The notes: generated by a model from the sequence alone, not told the origin. DNA of 54,416 nt from an uncultured Gammaproteobacteria bacterium (GCA_964432675.1 CAYSOG010000004.1:30002-84417); one strand, 5' to 3'; numbered from the stretch's first letter, positions 41,852 to 51,689 are shown. Translations and numbers: made by a program.

Positions 41852-42328
41852 ATGCGAGTAAAGCGGATCTTTTTTGGAAGTCTTGGCACTATCGGTGTTA
41901 TTACTGCCCTTTGCCTTCTAAGCGCCATGAGCAGTCCGGTAGCCAATGCGTGGGGCGGTCCACATGATTGTGAGACTGCAACCCCAGCTCAAGCGGATTA
42001 TGAGGCCCACTGTGGGCGACAGATGCTAGTGGCGACAGACGATAGTGTATACAGTACTAACGTCTTCCCACCATGTACCGCATCTCGGCTGTCTATGCCT
42101 ACACCCTGGCCGCAAGGCGCAAGTGGTTATGCCGTACCATGCCCACAAGATATGTCAGGGTGGGCCTTGCATGTGGTAAACGGCAAGGTTATGATTGTCT
42201 GGCCGGATGACGTCAACAAGCCAAAGGCGCCACCGTCACGACCCAGCGGCGGATTTTGTAATCTGCCAAATGGTGGTGAAGTCTGGACGATAGCCGGCGC
42301 TCCAATTGGGAGCGCCATCTGTTCGTAG
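41852..42328 (+). CDS. Secreted Cys-rich protein (related C-x-LPNGG-x-VW motif)
   Basis: Signal peptide ending ANA-WG; FCNLPNGGEVWT near the C-terminus; 158 aa. Confidence 0.55.
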   Translation: MRVKRIFFGSLGTIGVITALCLLSAMSSPVANAWGGPHDCETATPAQADYEAHCGRQMLVATDDSVYSTNVFPPCTASRLSMPTPWPQGASGYAVPCPQDMSGWALHVVNGKVMIVWPDDVNKPKAPPSRPSGGFCNLPNGGEVWTIAGAPIGSAICS

Positions 42329-42343
42329 CCAATATTTAATTTC

Positions 42344-42376
42344 AGCCCCTCGTCAATTCGACGAGGGGCTTTTTTC
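42344..42376 (+). terminator. Rho-independent terminator
   Basis: AGCCCCTCGTC / GACGAGGGGCT stem followed by TTTTTT. Confidence 0.8.
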
Positions 42377-42463
42377 TTAACAAGATTTCTCAAATAATAA
42401 AACTTTTCAATAATATTATCTTAAATATAAAAACTAAACAGCTTTCTACATTTGAAATAAAAA

Positions 42464-42490
42464 AGTGGAGTAAAAATTACTCCACTTTTT
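42464..42490. terminator. Bidirectional terminator hairpin
   Basis: AGTGGAGTA / TACTCCACT stem flanked by an A-run and a T-run; lies downstream of minus-strand gene 42504-43076. Confidence 0.65.
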
Positions 42491-42503
42491 AGCTGTTTTA
42501 TTC

Positions 42504-43076
42504 TCATCCTTTAGATAGATCTACAATGGCCGCTTCCAATCCTCGCAATTCGATCCCATCTGGTGTTATGACAAAGTCATATGCGAGCGGTTCATTAGAT
42601 GTAATTTGTATTAGATAAGTTTCCCGTGGATTAAGTTCCAATGTCCGATTAATCGCCGGTATCTTAAAAGTTACAGAAGGGCCACTGTGTACACCTGGAC
42701 CATGAATGCCAAGGTATTCAACGTATTGGTTATTAACTTGCAGCCACACGCCTTGCCTACCAAGCGCAGATCTTTCTAAGTCAATCTCAGACCACAGTAA
42801 AGGTGCATCTTCCTGAGACTGAGAATTATCGAACATCCAAATTGTATTCACATCTCTGCCATATATTTGAATGCCATCTGCATAGAGTGTAATATCAAAC
42901 TTACGCTTTGGTTCATCGTGACGTTCAATGATTTCAACACTACGACCAGTTTGTAAGCTAAAATCAAACGGCTGAGGTTCTATAGAAACATGTCCAACTT
43001 GCTGTAGTTCATTACGAACGGTAAGAATTGTTTCGTATGAGCTTGTCCCAATCGTTGCTGGCACCGTACCCTCCAT
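42504..43076 (-). CDS. Hypothetical protein
   Basis: 190-aa ORF; no motif recognised. Confidence 0.5.
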   Translation of the reverse strand: MEGTVPATIGTSSYETILTVRNELQQVGHVSIEPQPFDFSLQTGRSVEIIERHDEPKRKFDITLYADGIQIYGRDVNTIWMFDNSQSQEDAPLLWSEIDLERSALGRQGVWLQVNNQYVEYLGIHGPGVHSGPSVTFKIPAINRTLELNPRETYLIQITSNEPLAYDFVITPDGIELRGLEAAIVDLSKG

Positions 43077-43136
43077 CAGTATACAAAGGCTCGTTATCTT
43101 AAGGAAATTTAAAGTACAACTTTAATGCATTGGCCA

Positions 43137-43221
43137 GTGGGGAGAGAGGGACTCGAACCCTCACACTGTTTTGCAGTACAAGATTTTAAGTCTTGCGCGT
43201 CTACCAATTCCGCCATCCCCC
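43137..43221 (-). tRNA. tRNA-Leu (UAA)
   Basis: Class II tRNA: GGCGGAAUUGGUAGACGC D-arm, anticodon arm CAAGA-CUUAAAA-UCUUG, long variable arm, GAGGGUUCGAGUCCCUC T-arm. Confidence 0.9.
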
Positions 43222-43297
43222 CATACGGTAGTATTTTAGCAAAATTACCGCAAGAAAAATAGACTTATAAGTCGAATAGGATTTTTGTGGAAATACT

Positions 43298-44293
43298 TTA
43301 CCAATAAGCTTGGTGAGGGATTTTTATACCGAGTGCACCAAAAGAATAGTCTAATAGTTTAACCGCATCGACTCGACGGTTCGTTGAGCCAAGCACGATC
43401 GCCACCATGCGTTGGCCTTGATCTTGCGTAACGGAAACTATGCAGTACATCGCTTCGTCAGTAAAGCCACCTTTGAAGCCAATGGTACCTGGGTAGGTTC
43501 GTACCAAGTCTAGTTCACTCGACAATATAACTTCATGATGGTTTTGGTTTGCCGGAAGTGTATAGTCAATGTTTTTAGATATGTCTAAGAGCCAAGGATA
43601 TTTATCTAGCGTATATTTCGTAATAATTGCAAGGTCTTCAGCTGTCGTGTACATATGGCCATCACCTTCTAAGCCAGTTGGATTTGTATAATGGGTATGA
43701 AACATGCCAAGCTCTTGGGCTTTGTTATTCATCTGCTCGACAAAATTCTTCTTAGTACCTGCGACGTTTTCGGCGAGCGTTTCAGCAGCATCATTGCCTG
43801 ACTGCATGAGAATACCGTATAAGAGTTCATTCACCGTATATTTTTCGCCAGCTAAAACTCCCATGCTATTTTCGCCGACTGAAGCTGCTTCACTTGAAAC
43901 GGTAAACAAATCCGAGGGCTTATTATGGTCTAACGTCACTAGTATAGTCATGATTTTCGTAATACTGGCCATTGGTAGTTCCATTTGGGGATTTTTGGTG
44001 TAGAAAATATCACCTGTATCCAAGTTCATTGCAAGCGCACTTTTTGCGTAGAGCTGCGGCAATGGCTGTGCACTTGTCGTAGATACTGTAAGATCAGGTC
44101 GCCACGTATATGCAGCTGCGACTTTTCCTTCACTGCTATTGAGCCTAGAAAGTGTAACCTTTGGATTTTTAGTTGGGTCCATCAATAAGAAGTAAATTGC
44201 ACCGATAAGCATAAGTGAAAGAAGGGTAAGGAGAAATAATTTCCGATGGCCGCGCTGGCGCTGATAGGTATCAAGGGCATGTTCTGGGAGCAT
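43298..44293 (-). CDS. D-alanyl-D-alanine carboxypeptidase (S11, PBP5-like)
   Basis: N-terminal TM helix; SITK (SxxK), SGND (SxN), KGG (KTG-like) motifs. Confidence 0.85.
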   Translation of the reverse strand: MLPEHALDTYQRQRGHRKLFLLTLLSLMLIGAIYFLLMDPTKNPKVTLSRLNSSEGKVAAAYTWRPDLTVSTTSAQPLPQLYAKSALAMNLDTGDIFYTKNPQMELPMASITKIMTILVTLDHNKPSDLFTVSSEAASVGENSMGVLAGEKYTVNELLYGILMQSGNDAAETLAENVAGTKKNFVEQMNNKAQELGMFHTHYTNPTGLEGDGHMYTTAEDLAIITKYTLDKYPWLLDISKNIDYTLPANQNHHEVILSSELDLVRTYPGTIGFKGGFTDEAMYCIVSVTQDQGQRMVAIVLGSTNRRVDAVKLLDYSFGALGIKIPHQAYW

Positions 44294-44301
44294 AAAAACG
44301 G

Positions 44302-44562
44302 TTAACTTGGAAAGATTTGGGTGCCGGCTTCGTCAAAGACAAAGATTGCTTGTGTAGGACAAGACATAGCGGCATCGATAATTTTTTGTTTACCTGCTTC
44401 ATCGACGTCAAGTTCCATCTCATAGCCTAATGAGTGGTCATTTTCAGCTTTTTTAACTTCGGCTTTACCTTCGGTATTTAATTCAAAATGCTCAGGGGCA
44501 ACAACAATACAACTTGCGGCACCAATACAAAGTTGCGGGTCGACTTTTACTTTAATTTTCAT
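44302..44562 (-). CDS. Small ferredoxin
   Basis: 86 aa; DPQLCIGAASC ... SCPTQAI single-cluster ferredoxin pattern. Confidence 0.75.
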   Translation of the reverse strand: MKIKVKVDPQLCIGAASCIVVAPEHFELNTEGKAEVKKAENDHSLGYEMELDVDEAGKQKIIDAAMSCPTQAIFVFDEAGTQIFPS

Positions 44563-44661
44563 AGTTTACTCTTGAAATATGTAACTTGTAACTTTTTGGC
44601 TCTATTACCTGCAATTTATGTGTTAATTTTTATCTCACTCAATGTGTGGACAAATTTTATT

Positions 44662-45042
44662 CTAGGTTGTCTTTGTTAACTGCGTCAAGCCTTTTTTTAA
44701 GGCAGCATAGGGGAGTAGTGCGCATTTTAACCTGGCTGGTGTTAAAACAACGCCTAGTTCGTCTAAGAAGGCTTGCTGGTCTAAAGAGGAAACTGAAGTG
44801 GCTGGTTGTCCTTCAGTTATCGTCATTAAGATTGATGAGGCTGCCTGCGATATAGCGCATCCCCGGCCAACAAATTTTATAGATTTTACGGTATTACCTT
44901 GTATTTTCGCTGTAATATGGACTTCATCGCCGCAAAGTGGGTTAAAATCAACTATGTCAATATCTGCATTTTTTATGACGCCACTATTGCGAGGATTTTT
45001 CCAATGCTCCAAAATAATTTCCTTATATAATTGTTCATCCAT
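44662..45042 (-). CDS. sufU: SufU/IscU-type Fe-S scaffold / sulfur acceptor
   Basis: NPLCGDEV, GRGCAIS, C-terminal KCALLP Cys ligands. Confidence 0.85.
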   Translation of the reverse strand: MDEQLYKEIILEHWKNPRNSGVIKNADIDIVDFNPLCGDEVHITAKIQGNTVKSIKFVGRGCAISQAASSILMTITEGQPATSVSSLDQQAFLDELGVVLTPARLKCALLPYAALKKGLTQLTKTT

Positions 45043-45047
45043 ACCTA

Positions 45048-46274
45048 TTACACCTTCATTGTGCTTTTCACTTCCTGTAATCCGTCTACTAATGCATCGA
45101 TGTCTTTCTCATCGTTATAAAGATAGCAGGAAGCTCTAGTTGTTGCAGTAATACCTAAGGTTTCCATAAGTGGTTGGGCACAGTGATGGCCTGAGCGCAC
45201 ACAAACGCCACTTCGGTTCAATATTTCTGCAACATCATGTGGGTGGATTGCACCAAAGTCGAAGGAAAATACCGCAAGGCGGTTATGGCTATCAGCTGGA
45301 CCATATAATTTAACGCCCTTCACTTTTTGCAGCTTAGCTAAACCGTATTGTGTCAGTTTTTGTTCGTGCCGCATTATATTATCCATGCCAGCTGCTGCAA
45401 GATAGTCAACCGCGGCCCCGAGACCAACAGCAGCTTCTAGTTTGCCAGTACCGACCTCAAACTTCCAGGGTATATCGTTAAACGTAGCTTGGTCTTTCGT
45501 AACATGCAAAATCATTTGGCTGCCGACAAAAAGCGGTTCCATTGTTTCCAATATTGTTGTTTTACACCATAAAACGCCAATACCCGAAGGGCCAAGCATT
45601 TTATGGCCAGACAATACATAAAAATCACAGTCAAGATCGACAACATCAATCGGTATATGGGGAACGCTTTGCGCGCCATCGATAAGGAATTTGGCTTTAA
45701 TGCCTTGCTTTTTATAGTAAGCAATGATTTCTTTTATGGGGTTAATCGTGCCTAATACATTTGAAGCATGGGTGAGACTCACCAACCGAACGTGTTCCTT
45801 ATCCTTACTGTGTATAAGCGACCGATAATCCAGTCTGAACTCCTTCGTTATTGGTAAAAAATGCAATTTCACGCCTATTTCATTTCGCAGACGTTGCCAA
45901 GCCAGAATATTGGCGTGGTGTTCCATGATCGAAAGCACAATAACGTCACCTTTTTTAAGGAACTGTCGCCCCCAACCATACGCTGCAAGATTTATGGCTT
46001 CATTTGCGTTACCGGTAAAAATAATTTCAGCGTCTGTACTGGCACCAATAAACCGCGCTACTTTTGCTCTTGCGTTTTCGTATAGTTCCGTTGCTTCTTC
46101 ACTTAGTTCGTAAATGCCACGATGGACATTTGCGTTGTGTTTTGTATAAAAACTAGAAACAGCATCGATCACTACTTGTGGCTTCTGCGACGTCGCAGCC
46201 GAGTCTAAATACACAAATGGCAGCTTTCTATTCTTAAATATTGGAAAATCTTTCTTATATGGCATAGTGCTCAA
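45048..46274 (-). CDS. sufS: Cysteine desulfurase, SufS type
   Basis: PLP-Lys SGHKMLGPSGIG; active-site RSGHHCAQP. Confidence 0.9.
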   Translation of the reverse strand: MSTMPYKKDFPIFKNRKLPFVYLDSAATSQKPQVVIDAVSSFYTKHNANVHRGIYELSEEATELYENARAKVARFIGASTDAEIIFTGNANEAINLAAYGWGRQFLKKGDVIVLSIMEHHANILAWQRLRNEIGVKLHFLPITKEFRLDYRSLIHSKDKEHVRLVSLTHASNVLGTINPIKEIIAYYKKQGIKAKFLIDGAQSVPHIPIDVVDLDCDFYVLSGHKMLGPSGIGVLWCKTTILETMEPLFVGSQMILHVTKDQATFNDIPWKFEVGTGKLEAAVGLGAAVDYLAAAGMDNIMRHEQKLTQYGLAKLQKVKGVKLYGPADSHNRLAVFSFDFGAIHPHDVAEILNRSGVCVRSGHHCAQPLMETLGITATTRASCYLYNDEKDIDALVDGLQEVKSTMKV

Positions 46275-46824
46275 GTGACTTTTTAGACAGCATTTGTTCC
46301 TTTTTCGGCAGTTTGTTTATAATTGATTGCAGAAACCCCTCAACAATGAGCTTTTTCGCCTGCTCTTGCGACAATCCTCGGCTCATCAAGTAAAATAATT
46401 GTAATTCATCAATTTTACCAACGGTTGTGGCATGGCCCGCTTTCACATCATTTTCTAAAATTTCTAAACTGGGAATGGCACGGCCTTTTGCTTGGTTCGA
46501 TAATAGCAGAATATGCGCCGCAAGCCAAGCATTTGTGCCTTTGGCACCAGGTTCAATTTTAACTAACCCTTCGAAGTTAATCTTCGCCTGATCCTTCAAT
46601 GCACCTCTGATAACGATATTACTTCTGGTGTTTGGTGCAGCGTGCCTAACTTTTGCATCTATAAAAAGCTCGTTTTGCTGCTTTCCTAATAACAAGCCTA
46701 AAACATCACAACTTGCCCCAGGCTCAGCCAAAACAATATCAACGGCTAACTGCTTATATTTGCCGGCCCAAACCAGCGGCACTACAATGTTCTCATTTTT
46801 TCTAACAATAATTTGTTTTTGCAT
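46255..46824 (-). CDS. sufD: Short SufD-like Fe-S assembly protein
   Basis: C-terminal [23 protein letters not shown] matches the SufB/SufD family; only 189 aa. Confidence 0.7.
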   Translation of the reverse strand: MQKQIIVRKNENIVVPLVWAGKYKQLAVDIVLAEPGASCDVLGLLLGKQQNELFIDAKVRHAAPNTRSNIVIRGALKDQAKINFEGLVKIEPGAKGTNAWLAAHILLLSNQAKGRAIPSLEILENDVKAGHATTVGKIDELQLFYLMSRGLSQEQAKKLIVEGFLQSIINKLPKKEQMLSKKSLEHYAI

Positions 46825-47336
46825 AAGTATGCTGCAACTGCTGTCGGCACTAAATGCTGCCAGTCCTTTCCTGTTTTAATTCTTTCACGTATATCTTGGG
46901 CTGCATGCTCCCGTCTGTATTTAATAGCTAACACTTGGACTTTTAAGCCTTGAGCCCGCATCTCTGCAACTTTGTTTTCTTCGCTTTTTGTTAATAAAAG
47001 CAGGAAGTAAACGGCGTCTTTAGGAACAGCATTGTGCCAAGCTTTAATATCAGAAGGGTTGAAATGGACAAAATGGATGCGATGTAAGTCTTCACCGGTA
47101 TCCTTCAAAGCCAACCTCATCATTGCCACTCGTTCCTCGTAAGTGAACGGATTATTTGACTTACCAAAACGCTCTTTATTAGCCGGCTCGTACTTTGTCG
47201 CAGTTTTGCCAGGCGTGGTAACGCCAATGTAAAGTTCATCACACTGTTCAAGCGCGAGGCGTACATATGCCAAATGCCCATTATGGAATGGCTGAAATCT
47301 ACCAACCACAACACCTTTTTTATGTAAATTCTGCAT
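46782..47336 (-). CDS. Nicotinamide-nucleotide adenylyltransferase (archaeal NadM-like cytidylyltransferase fold)
   Basis: VVGRFQPFHNGH (HxGH) motif; 184 aa; overlaps both neighbouring genes. Confidence 0.7.
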   Translation of the reverse strand: MQNLHKKGVVVGRFQPFHNGHLAYVRLALEQCDELYIGVTTPGKTATKYEPANKERFGKSNNPFTYEERVAMMRLALKDTGEDLHRIHFVHFNPSDIKAWHNAVPKDAVYFLLLLTKSEENKVAEMRAQGLKVQVLAIKYRREHAAQDIRERIKTGKDWQHLVPTAVAAYLCKNKLLLEKMRTL

Positions 47337-47730
47337 TATCTATGATGCGAAGCACGTTGTCTGCAACTTGTATTCCATAGTGTAGCTTTAGGCTACTATC
47401 TAGAGGCGTAAATTCAATTGCTCCGTCGCTCAAATCTGCGTCTTGCAAGAATGAAAACCCGGTTGACACAGACAATAAGTCATCTGAGCCAATACGAGCA
47501 GAACGAAGGCCATTTCTGTTTAATCGATAGATTTCGCGAAAACTATATTTCCCTAGTAGCCACTTCGCTTTACTTATATTCACCTCACCCAACAGCCTAC
47601 CATCGACGATCACTTCTTCTTTATCCTCTGTATAAAATAATCGAGGATCCTTTGTCGCTGCCTGTATATGCTCAAAGTTATATTCGTACAAAATACGATC
47701 TACGGCTTCGCTAATATCGATTTCTCTCAT
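47320..47730 (-). CDS. Hypothetical protein, paralog B of a 136-aa pair
   Basis: MREIDISEAVDRILYEY... / ...LKLHYGIQVADNVLRIIDNA aligns end to end with 47743-48153. Confidence 0.55.
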   Translation of the reverse strand: MREIDISEAVDRILYEYNFEHIQAATKDPRLFYTEDKEEVIVDGRLLGEVNISKAKWLLGKYSFREIYRLNRNGLRSARIGSDDLLSVSTGFSFLQDADLSDGAIEFTPLDSSLKLHYGIQVADNVLRIIDNAEFT

Positions 47731-47742
47731 TAATAGCTTTCC

Positions 47743-48153
47743 TTATGGTTTTGCGCTGTCTATGATGTTTAAGGCATACATTGCAACCTGAGTACCATAT
47801 TGAATACGGAGGTTACTATCGTCCATGATCAAATGGCCGTGCTGCAAATGGACACCGGGAAGCAAGCTAAGCTCAGACGTGGGGGGCCTGGTAAGTAGTG
47901 AACCAGCATGTGCCAAAGTCAAGCCTCTAATTCCTAAAATGTACGTTTCGGATAGGCTTTCTCCCTGCTCGTCGGCGTGAGACCTTTTTGTGACATATAA
48001 CGAACGAATATGCCGCCGGACTATCGAAAGTGTCCCTTCATCATGTTGAAATCTTCGTGGTTCCCAAGCACGTCCGACGATAGCAAGAAGACGTTCGTAG
48101 TGGTAGTCGTATAAAATACGGTCAGCAGCTTCACCGAGGTCAATTTCTGTCAT
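47743..48153 (-). CDS. Hypothetical protein, paralog A of a 136-aa pair
   Basis: [17 protein letters not shown]... / ...LRIQYGTQVAMYALNIIDSA; its ATG overlaps the sufB stop by 1 nt. Confidence 0.55.
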   Translation of the reverse strand: MTEIDLGEAADRILYDYHYERLLAIVGRAWEPRRFQHDEGTLSIVRRHIRSLYVTKRSHADEQGESLSETYILGIRGLTLAHAGSLLTRPPTSELSLLPGVHLQHGHLIMDDSNLRIQYGTQVAMYALNIIDSAKP

Positions 48154-49553
48154 TAGCCCACCGCCCCCTCCATAGACAGCTCAATTAGCCGGTTTAGCTC
48201 GACGGCGTATTCGAGGGGCAGTTCTTTAACGATCGGTTCAATAAAACCATTAACGATAAGTGAAGTGGCTTGCGTTTCTGAAAGGCCGCGGGACATCAGA
48301 TAGAAAAGTTGTTCTTCACCGATTTTAGAAACCGAAGCTTCGTGCCCCAACGTCACATCTTCCTCGTCAACAACGTTTGTTGGATAGGTATCAGAGCGCG
48401 AAAGTTCATCCAAAAGCAAAGCATCGCAACGGACAAATGATTTGCTACCCCTTGCCCCCCGGTTGATTTTGACCATACCACGGTAAGAGGTACGACCACC
48501 TGCCACGGAAACCGACTTCGAAGTTATTGTACTCGAAGTTTCGGGGGCTAAATGGAATACCTTACCGCCTGCATCCTGGTATTGCCCTTTCCCGGCAAAC
48601 GCTAAGGACAACACTTCACCTTTCGCCTTTCTGCCCTTTAGGTAAATGGAAGGGTATTTCATCGTAATTTTTGAACCGATATTACCGTCGACCCATTCCA
48701 TAACACCTTCCTCGTCAACGAATGCCCGCTTGGTGACGAGGTTATAAACATTGTTTGACCAATTTTGGATTGTGGTGTAACGCACGCGCGCACCTTTTTT
48801 AACGACAATTTCAACTACGGCAGCGTGAAGCGAGTCTGTTGTATAGACGGGTGCCGTGCACCCTTCAACGTAATGAACGTACGACCCTTCCTCGGCAATG
48901 ATAAGGGTTCGTTCAAATTGGCCCATGTTGGCCGCATTAATTCTAAAGTATGCCTGCAAAGGAATATCCACTGAAACACCTTTTGGGACATAGACAAAAC
49001 TGCCGCCAGACCAAACCGCAGAATTGAGTGCCGCAAATTTATTATCCGCCGGTGGAATAAGCGTACCAAAATATTGCTTGACGATATCAGGATATTGCAA
49101 AAGGGCCGTATCGGTATCAACAAAAATAACGCCTTTATCTTCCCAAGATTTTTTAAGGTTATGATAGACAACCTCGGAATCATACTGTGCACCCACCCCA
49201 GCTAAGAACTTTCGTTCAGCCTGGGGAATACCAATTTTATCGTACGTATCTTTAATATCCTTTGGCACATCCGCCCAGTTTTGGAATTTTTTGTCTGTCG
49301 GGCTAATGTAATAATGGATGGCGTCAAAATTAATGGCCGATAGGTCAGCACCCCAAGTTGGCATTATTTTCGCCTCAAAAATTTTCAGCGCCTTAAGCCG
49401 AAATTCTGTCATCCACCTCGGTTCATTTTTGTGGCCAGAGATCGATCGCACGACATCAGCACTTAAGCCTTTTTTCGTCCGGAACGTATCAATTTCCGGA
49501 TTTGAAAACCCGTATTTGTAGTCGTTTTTAATAAGCGGTTGTGTCACACTCAT
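48153..49553 (-). CDS. sufB: Fe-S cluster assembly protein SufB
   Basis: 466 aa; typical SufB length and C-terminal [21 protein letters not shown]. Confidence 0.9.
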   Translation of the reverse strand: MSVTQPLIKNDYKYGFSNPEIDTFRTKKGLSADVVRSISGHKNEPRWMTEFRLKALKIFEAKIMPTWGADLSAINFDAIHYYISPTDKKFQNWADVPKDIKDTYDKIGIPQAERKFLAGVGAQYDSEVVYHNLKKSWEDKGVIFVDTDTALLQYPDIVKQYFGTLIPPADNKFAALNSAVWSGGSFVYVPKGVSVDIPLQAYFRINAANMGQFERTLIIAEEGSYVHYVEGCTAPVYTTDSLHAAVVEIVVKKGARVRYTTIQNWSNNVYNLVTKRAFVDEEGVMEWVDGNIGSKITMKYPSIYLKGRKAKGEVLSLAFAGKGQYQDAGGKVFHLAPETSSTITSKSVSVAGGRTSYRGMVKINRGARGSKSFVRCDALLLDELSRSDTYPTNVVDEEDVTLGHEASVSKIGEEQLFYLMSRGLSETQATSLIVNGFIEPIVKELPLEYAVELNRLIELSMEGAVG

Positions 49554-49570
49554 ATTTATTGTTCGAGTGA

Positions 49571-50335
49571 TTAATTAAGATATCTCTCGTAACCTTCCTT
49601 TTCGATATCTTGGACAACTGATGTACCACCGGAACGGACAATTTTACCATTAACTAAAATGTGGACAAAGTCAGGTTTTATATAGTCTAAAATGCGCTGG
49701 TAATGGGTTATTAGCATCATGCCGAACGGATAATCTAATTTTTTGATTGTCTTGGCGATATATTTTAATGCATCAACATCGAGGCCAGAGTCTGGCTCAT
49801 CTAAAATAGCGTAGTCGGGGCGAAGTGTTGTGAGCGGCAAGATTTCGGCTTTTTTCTTTTCGCCGCCTGAAAAACCTTCATTGAGCGAGCGTAATGCGAT
49901 ATCGTGCGGTAACGAAAGCTCGGTCGCATATTGTTTCATACGCTCACGAAAGGCAATCGGTGAAACTCGTTTTCCAGTATCTGAAACTTTTTCGTTAAGT
50001 GCCATGCGTAGGAAATTGCCGAAGTTAACACCTGAAACTTCAAGCGGGTATTGAAAACCTAAGAAAAGTCCTAGCTTTGCCCGTTTGTCAGGCGTGAGTT
50101 TCGTAATATCCTCACCGTTTAAAATTACTTTACCCTTGGTTATAACATAGCCGGGATGGCCCATTAATATTTGGGCCAATGTCGATTTGCCAGAACCATT
50201 TGGGCCCATTAATGCATGGATTTCCCCTTTATTAATCGTCAATGAAACGCCGTGGAGAATTTCCCTACCATCCTTAATCGAGGCATAAATATTTTTAATC
50301 TGTAGCTTTGCCAATTGCGATTTTGTATTCGACAT
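49571..50335 (-). CDS. sufC: Fe-S cluster assembly ATPase SufC
   Basis: Walker [10 protein letters not shown], signature FSGGEKKK, Walker [11 protein letters not shown]. Confidence 0.9.
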   Translation of the reverse strand: MSNTKSQLAKLQIKNIYASIKDGREILHGVSLTINKGEIHALMGPNGSGKSTLAQILMGHPGYVITKGKVILNGEDITKLTPDKRAKLGLFLGFQYPLEVSGVNFGNFLRMALNEKVSDTGKRVSPIAFRERMKQYATELSLPHDIALRSLNEGFSGGEKKKAEILPLTTLRPDYAILDEPDSGLDVDALKYIAKTIKKLDYPFGMMLITHYQRILDYIKPDFVHILVNGKIVRSGGTSVVQDIEKEGYERYLN

Positions 50336-50350
50336 CTTATATTCTGGTCT

Positions 50351-50626
50351 TTACCCTTCTTTAGCCAGCTCCTTATTAATTTCTGCGATCATTTCGTCGA
50401 CTTCTTCGTCGTCCATGCCATGGACCTTTGCGCCCATTTCTAAGGTATCAAAGGAATTTGCAAAGCAAGAAATGCAGTGTAAGCCATACATTGCTAATAG
50501 CTCGGCCGCTTTGGGTGATTCAATAGCAACGTCACCCAATAGTGCAGTTTTTGTGAGCACATAGGTTACATTAGACACATTTGTCCCATTGGCCTTATTG
50601 CTCGTCGATAAAGAAGCTTCTGCCAC
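50351..50626 (-). CDS. DUF1858 (hybrid-cluster-protein-associated redox disulfide) domain protein
   Basis: SPKAAELLAMYGLHCISCF...TLEMGAKVHGMD pattern; 91 aa. Confidence 0.6.
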   Translation of the reverse strand: MAEASLSTSNKANGTNVSNVTYVLTKTALLGDVAIESPKAAELLAMYGLHCISCFANSFDTLEMGAKVHGMDDEEVDEMIAEINKELAKEG

Positions 50627-50909
50627 AGCCGCATCCTCCTATAGCATTCTTTGGGGTTATTAAAAAGCCTTCAATTGGCCCTGGAGCATCGACCACAATA
50701 TCAGGCACGAGCGCTGCATGTTCTTGAGGCATAAGAAATGTTAGATTATCCACCTGATAACTTGCGTCACTGGTATCTTGACTGGAAACTTTCTCTATAC
50801 TAAAACTCTTCCCACAGCACCCGTCGATTAAGGATAGGCGCAAATAGGGGCTACCAGAAAGGTATTTTGCCATTTCGATTTTTGCTAGATCAGATAATTG
50901 GATAGTCAT
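50595..50909 (-). CDS. HesB/IscA-family Fe-S cluster insertion protein
   Basis: Cys in DGCCGKSF plus C-terminal GGCGCGRSF. Confidence 0.8.
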   Translation of the reverse strand: MTIQLSDLAKIEMAKYLSGSPYLRLSLIDGCCGKSFSIEKVSSQDTSDASYQVDNLTFLMPQEHAALVPDIVVDAPGPIEGFLITPKNAIGGCGCGRSFFIDEQ

Positions 50910-50912
50910 ACG

Positions 50913-51311
50913 TTACAGAAATGATTGCAAAGTTGTTTCTTGAAATGTTTTTAACATATCGCCATACAACGTTTTCCATATTTTTTGCGTTGTGCAAACA
51001 CTTTCGGCCGCGCAGCTTTCGCCCACTTCAAGACAGGCAACTGGCGCCAGTTTTCCTTCAAATAGCTTCACCACTGCTGAAACAGTAATAGCCGCAGGCG
51101 GCTTGGCTAACTTATAGCCACCGTGTAAACCTTCCTTGCTTGTTATAAATCCGGCTGTATGCAGCGTTTGCGCTAATTGTCGTAAATAGGGGAGGGGAAG
51201 GTTATTTTTCCTAGCTACTTCGGTTAGCGAAACAAGACGTATATTATAAAATTTTGCCAAATAGGCTAAAAATAACAGTCCGTAATCAGATTTTCTTGAA
51301 ATACGCAACAT
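50913..51311 (-). CDS. Rrf2-family transcriptional regulator (IscR/SufR-like)
   Basis: MLRISRKSDYGLLFLAYLA wHTH start; Cys cluster CLEVGESCAAESVC. Confidence 0.8.
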   Translation of the reverse strand: MLRISRKSDYGLLFLAYLAKFYNIRLVSLTEVARKNNLPLPYLRQLAQTLHTAGFITSKEGLHGGYKLAKPPAAITVSAVVKLFEGKLAPVACLEVGESCAAESVCTTQKIWKTLYGDMLKTFQETTLQSFL

Positions 51312-51395
51312 ATAGTTTTAGCTAGCAGTATACTCACACCAATATAGTATGAGTTTACCTGCTAAATTTTAAGCTGTCAATGTAAAAATGCTTAT

Positions 51396-51689
51396 CTAGA
51401 ACTTTAAAAGCACCTTCGCGAGTATTTGCTTCGCATGTACCGGTCCATATTGCCTACTATCTGTACTGGCTTTTGGGTTATCACCGGCTAGAATATAGTC
51501 ATTATTTTTGATAGCGGCTATTCTTTTGACAATTTTTTGGCCTTTTACACGAGCAACCACAATATCAGCATGTTGGGGCTGTGACCATAGATAGGGTAGG
51601 GGAGATATAAGTAAAAAATCGCCAGCCTGGTAGGTAGGAAGCATACTGCCGCCTTTTACCTTCACGATAGCAAAAGGGAAATAGGTCAT
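51396..51689 (-). CDS. sodX: S26-type peptidase, Ni-SOD maturation protease
   Basis: GGSMLPTYQAGD Ser motif and VKRI Lys motif; 4-nt overlap with sodN. Confidence 0.7.
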   Translation of the reverse strand: MTYFPFAIVKVKGGSMLPTYQAGDFLLISPLPYLWSQPQHADIVVARVKGQKIVKRIAAIKNNDYILAGDNPKASTDSRQYGPVHAKQILAKVLLKF

